Source of the DNA: Hemiscyllium ocellatum
Taxonomy: Eukaryota
Direction: 5' to 3'
Assembly: GCF_020745735.1 (NCBI RefSeq)
Contig: NC_083443.1
Span: forward strand, 16,171,006-16,235,005
DNA length: 64,000 nucleotides
In this document: positions 13,812-27,270 of the stretch, piece after piece
Layout: every line of letters starts with the position of its first letter
Numbering within the stretch: the stretch's first letter is position 1
Notes under the pieces: model-generated
Told to the model about the DNA's origin: nothing
What the model saw: only the letters and a program-made list of their open reading frames with translations
Databases searched by the model: none
Translations under genes and position numbers: made by a program

Positions 13812-14141
13812 ATCGAATTCCCACAGTGTGGAAGCAGGCCATTCTGCCCATCAAGTCTACACCAACCCTCTAAAGAGCAATCCCCTCACTCTATAACGCT
13901 GCATTTTCCATGGCTAACCCATCTAACCTACACATCCCTGAACACTATGGGCAATTTAGCATGGCCAATCCACCCAACCTGCACATCTTTGGAGTGTGGG
14001 AGGAAACCGGAGCACCCTGAAGAAACCCATGCAGACATGGGGAGAATATGCTGACTTTACACATATCCCTGAGGCTGGAATTGAACCTTGGTCCCTGGCG
14101 CTGTAAGGTAGCAGTGTGAATCAGTGAGCCACCATACCACC
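13812..14141 (-). mobile_element. HE1-like V-SINE
   Basis: Reverse complement of head, V-domain and tail. Confidence 0.85.
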
Positions 14142-14224
14142 TTAGCACCATCAAGTACACTAGTGTTTGAAATTGGCAGTCTGCATGTGAACGGTGCAAC
14201 AGTTTTTTTAAATTGGTTATTAAA

Positions 14225-15020
14225 GATTACAAAGGGGTCTTGACCAGTTGGGCCAACAGACTGAAGAGTAGTAGATGCAATTTAATTTGGATAAATGCGA
14301 GGTGTTGCATTTTGATAAAACGAACAAGGGCAGGATTTGTACAGTTCGTGATAGGGCACTGGGTAGTGTTGTAGAACGGAGACCTGGGGTTCAGGTACAC
14401 GATTCTTTGAAAGTTGCAACACAGGTAGACAGGATGGTTAAGAAGGCATTTAGCACGCTTGCCTTCATTGCTCAGAGTTGGGACGTCATATTGAGGTTCT
14501 ACAGGACGTTGGTCAGGCTTCTTCTGATTGCCGTGTTATACCAAGGATATTGTTAAGCTGGGGAAGGTTCAGAAAAGATTTACAAGGATGTTGCCAGGAC
14601 TGAAGGATTTGAGTTAGAGAGAGGCTGGAAAATCTGGCACTTCTTTCCCTGGAGTGTTAAAGGTTGAGAGGTGACCTTATAGAGGTTTACAACATCATGA
14701 GAGACATGGATAAGGTAAATAACAATGCTCTTTTCCCTAGGGTAGGGGGAAGCTCAGAACTAGGGGGCATATTTTTAAGGTGAGTAGAGAAAGATTTGAA
14801 AGAAACCAGAGGGACAACTTTTTTATTGTAGGTGGTTCGTATGTGGACTAAACTGCCAGAGGAAGTGGTTACAACATTTAAAAGACAAGTACGTGAATAG
14901 TAAAGGTTTAGAGGGGTATGGGCCAAACACAGGCAAGTGGAACTAGTTTAGTTTGGGAAACTTGATTGGTATGGACGAGTTGGACCGAAGGGTCTGTTTC
15001 ATTGCTCCATAACCCTATGA
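14225..15020 (+). mobile_element. CR1 3' fragment
   Basis: MQFNLDKCEVLHF... in ORF 14275..14556, plus 3' UTR. Confidence 0.85.
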
Positions 15021-15082
15021 ATCTAGTATTTTAGATTTTTATTTTCAGCTGAAGGTACGCAGCAAGCTGCCTTAATTGACAG

Positions 15083-15299
15083 CTGAAAATGTGTTGCTGG
15101 AAAAGCGCAGCAAGTCAGGCAGCATCCAAGGAGCAGGAGATTCGACATTTTGGGCATGAGCCTTTCTTCAGATCCCTGAAGAAGGGCTCATGCCCGAAAC
15201 GTCGATTCTCCTGCTCCTTGGATGCTGCCTGACCTGCTGCGCTTTTCCAGCAACACATTTTCAGCTCTGATCTCTAGCATCTGCAGTTCTCACTTTCTC
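15083..15299. mobile_element. Palindromic PLE mini-element (family A) with intact hammerhead core at 15176-15203
   Basis: Two inverted arms of about 90 bp. Core CTGAAGA-A-GGGC-tcat-GCCC-GAAAC-GTC. TSD ctgccttaattg(a/t)cag at 15067-15082 and 15300-15315. Confidence 0.85.
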
Positions 15300-16333
15300 C
15301 TGCCTTAATTGTCAGGCTAGTTCAGAGAGAAGCAAAGGGAGGAAGGAGAATTTAAAATGCCCGTAATTTGTTAATACTGAGAATCTGAACTTTCTTTCCT
15401 GAAAGGATTTAATTTTACAGCTGCAATGAGAATGAAACTTTTTGGTCATCTCAGTGAAAATGGCTCCATGTATTGATGCAAACCAAGTCATTTTGCTTGA
15501 TTGGTATCAATGAGACTTAGTCAAGTTGTTGCCTTATTTTTAATGGCCATATTTAATTAAATTATTCCGGCTAATACTTGCCTGCTGCTTTACCTATTGT
15601 TTTGGAGCATGGTTCCTCTGTCCTCAGCATATCCTAATTACGTAGCTCCAGTGATACCTGTTCTGATTTCCTTTAGGAAACCACGCAGCTCTTGATTTGG
15701 TTAGCATTTGGTTGGGAGTGTGCTTGGGAAAACCAGATGCAGTGGAAGAGGTGTGTGCATAACCAGATGGGTCACTTTAGCTTCCTGCCCTTTGACCACG
15801 TCCTGCCCTTACCTGTGTCTGTTTGCCATGGTGAGGAAGAATGGAGTGTTTGTTGGCTTGTTTTATGCCTTTGCAATCCACCCGACTAAACCATCTTGTG
15901 ATCTTCAAAAGAGTTGATCAGGTGACCCATTCATTTTCTTTTCTCGAGAAAATAGCCCTACCTTTGAAATAAATTTTTAAAATGGTACTGAGATGAATTG
16001 CACTGACACTGTTAATCTGTTTAGAGAAAAGTATAAACCAAAGCTGCTGCCTTGGGTCAACAGCAAGTTGTCATGGTCAAGGAACTTGGTTCACATCTGG
16101 CTTAATATTGACTGTTCATTGAGGAGAAGCAACTATACTGTTTCCTGTACCAGTAGTGGTGTCACGTCTGAGATTATGATAAACGTTCCAGTTATTTCAT
16201 TGTTCTTTGAGTTCTTTCCTTATCTATGTGCTCTTGAAATTTGCTGCCTCTGCTCCAGGGAAAACAAACCCAGCCTATCCCGTCTCTTTAACTGAAATTT
16301 TCTTTCCCAGGCACTATCCTTGTGCGTCAACTA

Positions 16334-16546
16334 GGAGGGGGTGAGGACTGCAGATGCTGGAGATCAGAGTCGAAAAGTGTGGAGCTGGAAAAGCGCAGCC
16401 AGTCAGGCAGCATCTGAGGAGCGGGAGACTCGTTTCGAGCATAAGCTCTCGAATGCCTGATGAAGAGCTTATGCCTGAAATGTTAACTCTCCTGCTCCTC
16501 GGATGCTGCATGACCGGCTGTGCTTTTCCAGCACCACACTTTTTGT
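16334..16546. mobile_element. Palindromic PLE mini-element (family A), decayed hammerhead at 16457
   Basis: Inverted arms gctggaaaagcgcagcc... and ...tgtgcttttccagc; core CTGATGA...GAAAT. Confidence 0.8.
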
Positions 16547-18476
16547 CACTATTCTGATGCGTGCCATCTGCACTGTCTCCAGTCATGTGCTCTTACAGCC
16601 AGAACTGCTTACCTTACTTCATTTGTGACCAAACCAATGTTTTATAAAGTTGTGACAAGACTTGCTCCTATATTTTTGCTAAATGAAGGCAAGCAGCCCA
16701 TATATCGCCTTCACTATTCAATCCACGTGTGCTGACACCTCTTTTTAGGGTGTTGTTGATGAAGAGCAGATTGGAGACAAACTGCCAGAGACTCCTTCCA
16801 AAAACTTTTAAACAGGCAATCCAGGAATTGACCTCCCACAGGTACTCCACTGAACAATAACAGTTCACACCAATTAACCTCGCGCTGAAATTTATGTAAC
16901 AGCATGAGGTTGCAGGACTAGTCACTAGGTACACACAAAACATGCTCAGAAAGGTTGTGACTCCCGTTGATTACACTGTCAAGTGCCCAGAGTTTTCACA
17001 GGCATTTGAGTTGAGACTTGCTAACGTCAGGAATCACGTGAGCTCTATAGAGCAAGCAACAGCAATGGTCTTCAACCAACCAGAGTAACAATTCACATCT
17101 ATACCTGAATTTCCCCAGTTCACACAATTTTTCCACAAATACCCTAGGTAACACTTTATTTGAAAAAGGCCCACGTATCATTATTCAGTAAATTCACTCC
17201 AACATTGCAGTTCAGAGAGATGAATCACCAACTTTGCCCATTGCCAATTGCACAGCAACATAAAGAATGGCTCATGTTTTGCAATGACAGTTTGGATTTG
17301 TCTGAATTGGCTTCAGTCTAGACCAATAAGAAGGTGGCTGTGGTCATGGTGGAAAATGGAGGTGGTGGTAGCCAGTGGTTGTGAAGAAGGTGTAGCTGTG
17401 ATTTTGTATGCAAAACTTGGAGCCTGGTGTTAGGTAACAGTGAAGGTATGTTAATTTGTGCAGAAAGACCAAAATCTTTGCTTCCGTAGCCCAAAAGATG
17501 GCTTGGTACTTTCACTCGGCTTATGAGAACAGTAGCAGTTTGACACTGAGCATGACTGATGCTATTTATTAACGTTGTTCTCCCACTCTGTCCTTGAAAA
17601 TTTGGAAAATACTACTCTAGAATAAAGGAGTAAGCTGTAATCTCGTTGACTGTTGTGATGTTAGGATTCCCTTTTAAATGCTGACAACATTTGACTTGTC
17701 AACAATCTTGTGGAGTGGAGTTTAAGGGTAATTTGAATTGATTTTTCTACATTGTTATAATTAGTGCTTTGAGTGCAGAATTTCTGCCTGTGTCTCTGAT
17801 GAAGAACTGAAAGCATCCTATCCAGATTACATACCTTCATTTCCGATGGCCACTTATCCATGTGCAGATGCAATATGGTTCCTTTGAAAGGCTCACTGTT
17901 TTTGACTGAGTTTAACTGTTTAACCCTTTTCATCACCAAACCTATAGCTAGATTTTAAATGCTTCTCTAATTTCACAGATTAAAGTTATCACTGGATTTC
18001 TTATCATCATAATGCTATGTGAGACTTAATTGGGCTAAACTGGCACTTAAATTCTTTTTGCCCATTTGTTTTAAAATAAAATTATGTCAGTAATTGCTAT
18101 TTCCTTGGGATCGTTATCAACTGAATTTCTAAGGACCATTTATCGAGAAGATATCTTGGTTCTGTCAAAATCTTTCTCTGGCTAAATGTGAATTGATTTT
18201 TCAACCATGTATGGCAAGCCTTCTGTATTTTCGGGATTTTTTTGAGGTGGGGGGCAACCCTTCGGTTATACATGAGAAATAAGATGCATTTAAAAGCAAT
18301 AATTGTGGTTTGAAGATTTAATTGTTGAAGATTGTTTTTAAACTGCTTGATAGCTGTACATTTCTGGTAGTGAACAATTGCAGCATGTGTCAGAATCGGA
18401 AAAATCTATTGGTGATAGATATGCCATTCTTTCATAAACATGTTTCCTCTGTGTTTCTGCTGTTTTTATAAGCAGA

Positions 18477-18695
18477 ATCTAGATTAGAGTGGTGCTGGAA
18501 AAGCACAGCAGGTCAAGCAGCATCTGAGGAGCAGGAAAATCGACGTTTCAAGCAAAAGTCCTTCAGTGTCCTGATGAAGGGCGTTTGCCTGAAATGTCGA
18601 TTTTCCTGCTCCTTGGATGCTGCCTGACTTGTGCTTTTCCAGCACCACTCTAATCTAGTCTCTGATTTCCAGCATCTGCAGTCCTCACTTTTGTC
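18477..18695. mobile_element. Palindromic PLE mini-element (family A)
   Basis: Inverted arms; core CTGATGA at 18571. 17-bp TSD ctgtttttataagcaga at 18460-18476 and 18696-18712. Confidence 0.87.
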
Positions 18696-18794
18696 CTGTT
18701 TTTATAAGCAGACATGTTGCATCGATTGAGCTCTCAGAGGAAGTTTTGAGAGATGTTTCTTCCTTCCCTAAGTTGTAACTTCTTTAGACGAAGT

Positions 18795-19148
18795 AATGGC
18801 CCAGTGGTATTATCACTGGACTATTAATCCAGAAACCCAGGTAATGTTCTGGGGACTTGGGTTCAAATCCTGCCAGCTCAGATAGTGGAATTTGAATTCA
18901 ATGAAGAATCTGGAATTAAGGGTCTAATGATGACCAGGAAACCATTGTCAGTTGTCAGAAACACCTATCTGGTTCACTAATAACCTTTAGGGAAGGGAAT
19001 CTGCCATCTTTGTCTGGTCTGACCTACACGTGACTCCAGACTGCCAGCAATGTGGTTGACTGTTAACTGCCCTATAGGCAATTAGGGATGGGAAATAAAT
19101 GCTGGCCTAGCCAGAGATGCCCATATCCTGTGAGTGAATTAAAAAAAG
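18795..19148 (+). mobile_element. tRNA-derived SINE (second family)
   Basis: A/B-box-like tggcccagtgg and ggttcaaatcc; tail ggcaattagggatgggaaataaatgctggcc. Another copy at 25893-25938 plus 26824-27110; tail-only copies at 12590-12740 (-) and 24905-25175 (-). Confidence 0.75.
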
Positions 19149-19199
19149 TTGCCTCATTTGAAGACATTATCCTTGTCACCTTCAAATCATGTCATTAGA

Positions 19200-19905
19200 A
19201 CCAGAGATATACAGCACAGAAGCAGACTGTCCAACTTGTTCATGCCAACCAGATATCCTAAATTAGTCTAGTCCCATTTGCCAGCATTTAGCCCATATCC
19301 CTGCAACCCTTCCTATCCATATATCCATCCAGATGCCTTTTAAATGTTGTAATTGTACCCACCTCTACCACTTCCTCTGGCAGCTCATTCCATACACTCG
19401 CCACCCTCTGTGTGAAAAAGCTTTGCCCTCTCATCCTAAATCTATGTCCTCCAGTTTTGGACCCCCCCCCACCTCCCCCCACACCCCCACCCCAGGTTCA
19501 TTACCCTGGCTGTTTACCCTGTCCATGTCCCCTCATTATTTTATAAACCTCTATAAGGTCACCTCTCACCCTCTGATGCTCCCAGGAAAACAGCCCCAGC
19601 CTGTTCAGCTGCTCCCTGTAGTTCAAACTTTCCAACCCTGGCTACATCCTCGCAAATCTTTTCTGAACCCTTTAAGTTTCACAACATCCTTCCTATAGCA
19701 GGGAGACCGGAACTGCATACACTATTCCAAATGTGGCCTAATCAATGTCCTGAACAGTCACAACATGACCTCCGAACTCCTACACGGCTCTGATTTGCCT
19801 TCCCAAAATGCAGCACCTTCCATTTAAACTCGATCTGCCCCTCCTCGGCCCATTAGCCCATCTGATCAGAGTACCCGTTGTACTGTGAGGTAATCTCCTT
19901 TGCTG
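19200..19905 (-). mobile_element. CR1 3' fragment
   Basis: ORF 19288..19482: FFTQRVASVWNELPEEVVE. Confidence 0.85.
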
Positions 19906-21529
19906 TCTCTTTGACATTTGGAAGGAGATGTGAATTTGGATCAGTTGAAGCAAGTGAACAGTGAAACATATTCATGCACCTGTTGTACAAAAGCTGAACT
20001 CCGTTAACTACAGGTAATTACCACATACAGCCAATTGTTTTATAATCTCTGAACAGTCTGCCATCACTTGAATGTGAAATTCTATTTTGCTCTCAGGCTT
20101 CAGGTTGTGAAATGCTCATTTAATGTTGTTGACACCAATTTGATTAGAAAATGGAGCTCCCAGTGTAGCAGCAACGCTTATGTTGGCATCTAGCCTGAAG
20201 TGACATGAAAATTGCACTCGCTGTGTTCAGGTGTTCATTTCAGTTGACAATAAATATGTGTCTTTCAGGTGGACATTAAGATGAGTTGATAAAGAAGCGA
20301 CAAGGAATGACAGCCAATGAAAAGCCATTGTGCTTGTACTCCTATTGATGTTCCCCTGCACTATTGGAACAATTAACCCATGAGTGAAGCCACTGCATGG
20401 CAAAATATATGAAAATCTCCACTTGTACCTTTTAAGGAAAGTGTTCTCTTGTGGATTTGTTGCGAAATTTAATTAAGTTGCTTTAAAATTATTTAATTCA
20501 ACACTTAAATTGGTTTAATTCCCTCTTCTCTTCCTTCCAACTTAAAGTTACTATTCATCTGCCTCTATATTGGTACTCACTGTGGACTGACTGACTGCAG
20601 GTGCCATTGCTGCTGCGTTGAAGTCTGTCAGCATTTGACATTCTCACATGGATTGCCATCAGATGTTGCTTTTACCTCTCCCTTGTGCTGATCTTCCTCC
20701 AACCACTCCCCCAAACCAGCAAGATTGAAACAAATTGTAGCATCATCACCTACCCAGGCTGTGACCATCCACAACTTGACATGTCCTTTTGGACTGAACC
20801 CAGAATCACTGTCAATCCTATCTTCCAGTAAGGGACCTGAGAAACTTCTGCACTCAATATCAAGCTTAACAATATTACAATTTGAGCAGTTCCTTCCACT
20901 TCAATTCCTTACCCCATTCCTACATCCTGTCACAAATTGCACAACAAAAACAGAAATTGCTGGAAAAGCTCGGCAGGTCTGCCAGCATCTGTGGAGAAAA
21001 ATCTGAGTTAACATTTTGAGTCGAGTGACCCTTCCTCAGAACTCCCCGTCAAAAAATTGGTTGCCTTCAGCACAGCCAACCCACTTTTTTATTCATTGCC
21101 CCATTATCACTGATCCAAATTCTCCTCTTTCCCAACTTGCTAAAAACAATCTCGTTGTTCGCCCAACATCTTTCTTCCCCCTCTCTTTCTCTGGGCTCTC
21201 TCTCCATCTATCCATTCACCCTTCATGCCAAATCCCAGTCCCCAAAACCCTGTCACGAACGTAATACCACTTTTGCCCACCTTGCTGTCAGTTCTGAAGG
21301 AGGATCACAGAGGTATGTAAGAATGCTACCTTAAGTTGCAGCAGGAGGTGTGGCAGCTCAGCATGCTGCTAGACCAGCTCTGTGGTGAATTCCATGCCCT
21401 AACTTTGCAATATTGCCTCTGTCACTTGCCCACATTTGAACCATGTTTCTGTTTTAACATTCTCCAAACTGACCTTATTGATATCACTTTCTGAAAGAGC
21501 CCAGTCCTCTTCGGCACATCCTATCGTTT

Positions 21530-22120
21530 ATAGAGACATACAGCTTGGACACAGCCCTTTCGTTCCATCCAGTCCATGCTGACCATAATCCCAAACTAAA
21601 CTAGTTCCGCCTGCCTGCTCCTAGCCCATAGCCCTTCAAACCTTTCCTTTAACTGTACTTATCTAAATGTCTTTTAAACGCTGTATTGTGCCCACATTCA
21701 CCACTTCCTCAAGAGCTTCATTCAACATGTGAACCACCGTCTGTGTCTTTTGAAAAAAAATTGTCCCTCATATCTTTTCAAAAATCTCTCTCCTCTCACC
21801 TAATGTGCCCCAGTCTTGAAATCCCCCCCCTCCCCCCCCACCCTAGTGAAAGGAAACCTACCATTAACGCTATCTATACCCTTCTTGATATTATAAACCA
21901 CTGTAAGGTCACCTTTCAACCTCCTACGTTCCAGTGAAAAAAAGTCCCAGACTATCCAGCATCTCCTTGTAACTCAAATCTTCCATACCTGGCAACATCC
22001 TTGTAAATCTCTTCTCAACCTTCTCTAGCTTATTAATATCCTTGCTGTAACTAGGTGACCAGGACTGAACTTACTACTCCAGAGAAAGCCTCACCAATGT
22101 CCTGTCAAACCTCAACATCC
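21530..22120 (-). mobile_element. CR1 3' fragment within older LINE-like sequence
   Basis: Reverse-complement CR1 3' UTR and ORF2 end. Confidence 0.78.
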
Positions 22121-23039
22121 TTTTTTGAGCTGCACTGCTGCTTGGTGCCTCAAACTGGATTTTAAAATACAATATTACATTAAGTCCCCTCTTGTAGCTT
22201 TACCTTCCCCTACCTAGTGGCCTTCTGCAGCCTTGCTTGCCCACACAAACCTTGCATCAACTTATTCCGTGTTTCTTAATCTCTCAGGTCATTTAACCAT
22301 TTTGCTATTATCCTTTGGAACACTCCTCAAGCTCCTCCTTGCTTTTCAAAAATCTCTACAAAATCATTTTTTGTTGACCAGTCCGCACTGTAACTTTTGT
22401 TTTTTTTAATTTTCCCCAGTTTTGCTTTTCACCCAAGTCCTTGCATCATGTACGTGGTTTGTCATAATATACAATGCTTTTGAGTCCTTCCTGGTTGGAG
22501 GAAGATAAAAGAAATTCATGCACTGAACATAGAAAAGGTTCTGTGCATATTGTGATTGTTTCAGCTAATCAATGCTACAAAATACTTAATTGAAACTTTT
22601 TAAATGATTGATTGTGTTCACTGAAAACTAATCTCCAGAGCGTCAGTTTAGAACTGGAGTTTTAAACTGTATTCTCCAATATTTCTAAATAAAATATTGG
22701 AGCATTTTATTGTGAAAGATATTTTAAAGGTGTGTGATTTAGTTTACAGTTTTAAGTTGCCACGATTATCTTGCTTTGTCCTAAAGTTGTGCTATAAATA
22801 TAAAGGCAGATTGAGATTGTGTTACTTAGCAATTTATGGTGTTTTAAAAGCACCTCACTTGTCAGTTAGCTGAGGCGAAGTGGTCAGTTCTGTTATGGAT
22901 TTGACCTTTTAGCTGGTGATCAGTAACTCTGCATTGACGCTGGTAATGAGAAGTCAAAATGAATAAAGGTTTCCATCCGTGAGATACAGCAGATGTATAT
23001 GTGTGTGGTGGGGAAACCAAATGTTTTTCCAGACCATGT

Positions 23040-23285
23040 TGGGCAGTAAAACACTGCACTTGGCTGCATTGTTATGTGATGGGTTGTAATTATACCAGGA
23101 GACATTCCACTGAGACCTGACAATGTGGTACTGAGTGGGTGCTGTACTGTTGAAGGTTCAGTCTTTCAGATGAGATGTTAAACCAAGGCCCTATGCATCT
23201 GTTTGCCTGTACGAAACAGATCTCATGGCAGTATTTTTAGAAGAAAAAAACAACAGGGTAGCCCTCCCTTGTGTCCTGACCAATC
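23040..23285 (+). mobile_element. Deu-domain SINE remnant (SacSINE1/AmnSINE1-like)
   Basis: gtactgagtgggtgctgtactgttgaaggttcagtctttcagatgagatgttaaaccaaggccc...gatctcatggcagtattt...gtgtcctgaccaat resembles the Deu core as I recall it. Confidence 0.65.
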
Positions 23286-23850
23286 TCTGGGGATTTTCCC
23301 TCTAGCTTCAGCCCTGCTTAACTTCTCATGAACTCAGGTTTTCAAACAATGAGTGAGCTCCCACGCTGTGAACAATGGGGTCAGTGGTTTCTTTGCTGAA
23401 TGCGCAGGCCTGGCCAGCTTGGCTGTAGATCGCCCACAAGCAACTTGCCTTCTGTCTGAATCTTCTCTCCAAGTGGCTTCTGGGTCACGCAAGCAATTTG
23501 TAACCAATTTGTCTCTTTCCATTGAAGTGAAATGCCGATGGTTCTTTTCAGAACCAACGAATCCTTTGCCCTCAAGAAGCATCGTTGTGCCAGGTATTAT
23601 TATTTGGCGTCTCCCTTTTCATTAACACAACGCAACTTTCTTTTTGCACTGACTTTGAGTTATTGCCATTCAGGCACAAGCGTAGGTCACGTGGCACCTT
23701 TCACAGAACCATAAACATCTACAGCACCGAAAAAGGCCCTCCAACCCAAAAAGTCTACATCGGTCAAGAACAAGTGTCAAACTATTCCAAACCCAGTTCC
23801 CAGCACTTGACCCATGGCTTTGTATGCTTTGGCATTGCACATTCACATCT

Positions 23851-24182
23851 CAGGGTGGCTCGGTGGCTAGCACTGCTGCCTCACAGCACCAGGAACCCGG
23901 GTTTGATTCCACCTTGTGGCGACTGTCTGTGAGAAGTTTGCATATTCTCCCTCTGTCTCCATGGGTTTCCTCTGGGTGCTTGAGTTTCTGCCCACTGTCC
24001 ATACCTGTACAGGTCAGGCGGATTGGCCATGCTAAATTGCCCCCAGCGCCTGGGTGGGTGGGTCAGCCATGGTAAATGCAGGGTCCCAGGGATTGGGTGG
24101 TTCTGGGTGTGATGCTCTTCGGAAGGTCAGTGTGGATTCAATGGGTTGAACAGCCTCTTTCCACACTGTAGGGATTCTATGA
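23851..24182 (+). mobile_element. HE1-like V-SINE
   Basis: Head, V-domain and tail. Confidence 0.82.
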
Positions 24183-25938
24183 TATACTCCATAAATGTTA
24201 AGAGGATTTCTGTCCCTACGTCCCTTCATTTTAGGGGGAGACTTTACAGATTTCCCACCACCCTTTGTGTGAAGAAATTAATTTCTCTCAGCCCCTGTAA
24301 ACCTTACTGACATTTCTGAAACTGTTCCAGAATGGCAATACTGTTCCAAATTATGATAATTTGATAAAGCACAAATTACTTTAAAATCAAAGAAACCTCA
24401 TCCTTGGAGCACTTTGGAAACTAGCTTGTGAGCACCACCTGCTGGCCAGAGCTTGCAATTATGTTGTTTAAAAAACAACTTGTTCCAGGTGGCAATTCCA
24501 TTCTGAATACTAGACACTGTCCTTAAATACTGGTGTAAAGGCAGGAGCAATCGCTGTGACAAGGTGTTGGACAGGAAGGGCACGAGGTCTTTAATATTTT
24601 AGTGCTTAAATAAGTTAAATAATTAATAAGATAACTTTGTATTGCATGCTAAATATGCATTGTTAGCACAGTTATAAAGAAATACAACTAATTATTTTAA
24701 AAACCGAAAACTAAGGATGCTGTAATATCAGCAACAAAACAAAAAACAACTGCTGGAAAAGCTTAGCAGATCTGGTAGCATTTGGGGAGAGAAAGCAGAG
24801 CTCTGAGTAAGGGTTAACTCTGGTTTCTCTCCTCAGATGCTGCCTGACCTGCTGTGGCTTTTCTAGCAATTTCTACATTTTATTGTGACTATATTCTTTT
24901 ACTAATCATGGACATTGGACATCGCTGGATAGGCCAGCATTTATTGCCCATCTCTAGTTGTCCTTGAGAAGGTGGTGGTGAGTTGCTGCCTTGAACCACT
25001 GCAGTCCATTTGTTGTGGGTTGACCCACAATGCCATGAGGGAGGGAATTCCAGGATGTTGACCCCAAGGCAATGAAAGTGGCGGTGTTCCCATGTATCTG
25101 ATGCCCTTGTCCTTCTGGATGGAAGTGGTTATGGGTTTGGAAGGGGTCGTCTGAGGATCTTTGGTGAATTTTGTAAATGTAGGATATTCTCCTGTCTGAG
25201 TTAATAAAATTCTCAACATTTTAAACTGGTGAATATAGCAGAAAACTCTGTAATGTCAATACAGTGACCTTCTGCTCATGACATGCTTTCAATGGTGAAT
25301 TGTCCCTGTTTGGCTAAGGATACTTCGCAGCTGAAGAGCCCCACTGAGTTGATGATTCTGTTTGGACATAGTTTGGCCTTATTCACGTTATCCCTTTGTT
25401 ACTGTGACGATATTCAGTCGGTGCAGAACTCCAATCTGATTCTAATCCCTCCTTGGGATTGATTTTTCATCTGTAGCTTTCTGAAACTTGTTTGAAAATC
25501 TGCAGGAGGCACTTGTTTTTTGTAAAGTGCAATACTGTAGTCAAGGCTACAGGTTTACTGTTGCTGAATAAATCACATTTTCATTTTGATTGAATGGAAT
25601 CCTGTAATTTTACTTGTGATGTGTAGGGGATTGCATTTTCTAATTCAATTATTTTTTTTATTCCCTTATATCGATCGTGCCCTGCCTGTTGCTTTTCCCC
25701 AGAATGCAAGGCTCTGACTTAGTGGCAGGCAGTGTAATCTGGAATTCATTCTGACATAGGATTGAGGATGGGATTTGAAATTCTCCTTGAGGGTGATAGT
25801 GAAAAATAGTAATAATCCAGTTACTTCTCAAAACATGGTTGATATTTAGCTCCCTTGTCAATGATAGGTCAAGATGGATAAGATTTTCTTGTAGCGACGG
25901 TGGTGGTGTGTTGTTGTCACTGGACTGGTAATCCAGAA

Positions 25939-26823
25939 GGAGAGAGTGAGGTCTGCAGATGCTGGGGGTCAGAGTTGAGAGTGTGTTGCTGGAAAAGCAC
26001 AGCAGGTCAGGCAGCATCCGAGGAGCAGAAGAATTAATGTTTCAGGCTGGAGTCCTTCATCAGTAATGAGGCTGGGAGCCTCGGTGGTGGAGAGAGGAAT
26101 GAGAGGGGGGTGGGGCTGAGGAGAAGGCAGCTGAGAGTGCAATAGGTCAATGGAGGTGGGGGTAAAGGTGATAGGTCAGAGAAAAGAGTGGAGCGGATAG
26201 GTGGGAAGGAAGATTGCCAAGCGTCGGGTGGTGAGGGAGTGGCAATGGAGGAGGCCCAGGACCTGCATGTCCTTAGCAGAGTGGGAGGGGGAGTTCGGCC
26301 ATGGGGTGGGGGAGTTGATTGGTGAAGGTACCCTGGAGATGTTCTTTACAGCGCTCTGCGAGAAGACGTCCAGTCTCCCCAGTGTAGAGGAGACGTCATT
26401 TATTGTATTCATTGCTCCCGATGCAGTCTAATTTCAACTCCTTATCTTCTGCCTCGGAAGAATGCCTTATTTTCTGCCTTGGGACCCTTCAACCCCAGGG
26501 CATCAATGTGGACTTCACCAGTTTCCTCATTTCCCCTCCCCCCACCTTACCCCAGTTCCAACCTTCCAGCTCCGCACCGCCCTCATGACCTGTCCCACCC
26601 TCCCCTCCGACCTATCATCTTTACCCCCGCCTCCATCCACCTATTGCACACTCAGCTACCTTCTCCCCAGCTCCCCCCCCCCCCTCCCCCACCCCATTTA
26701 TCTCTCCATCCCGGAGGCTCCCAGCCTCATTCCTGATGAAGGGCTCTAGCCTGAAACGTTAATGCTCCTGCTCCTTGGAGGCAGCCTGACTTGCTGTGCT
26801 TTTTCAGCAACACATTCTCAACT
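25939..26823. mobile_element. Inverted PLE (family A) with GIY-YIG fragments, inserted in a tRNA-SINE
   Basis: Peptides VIYCIHCSRC (+), LYTGETGRLLAER (-) and CLIFCLGTLQPQGINVDF (+). Hammerhead at 26733-26760. 14-bp TSD ctggtaatccagaa at 25925-25938 and 26824-26837. Confidence 0.85.
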
Positions 26824-27270
26824 CTGGTAATCCAGAACCCCAGTGCCCTGTGGACATGGTCCAAATTCCAACCCAATGGTGAAATTTTGAGTCAACGAAA
26901 ATATGAAATTAAAAGAAGCTAACATTGTAGCGGCCCATCAAAAACCCATCTAGTTCATTAGTGTCCTTTTTTAGATGAAAGAAATTTGTCGTCCTTGCCT
27001 GGCCTGGTCTACATGTGACTCCAGGCAACCAGTTGACTCCTGACGCACTACTCTTTAGGTGGTTAGAAATGGGTGACCACTGATGCAGGTATCCCATGAG
27101 CAAATAAAAATGTAATTAAACATCTGATGTGAATAAGGGGCAGGCAATAAGACACTGCTCCTTTGTACACCAGTACCCAAGATCTCTTTGTACACCCAAC
27201 TTGTTTCCATTTGCTCATTGTGGTTTCTAGAATCTACAAAAACATATCATCCCTACAGAAGGTTTTATAC

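Noticed and set aside
23334-23714. Cluster of short ORFs in moderately GC-rich sequence
   Set aside because: No recognisable domain or splice structure.
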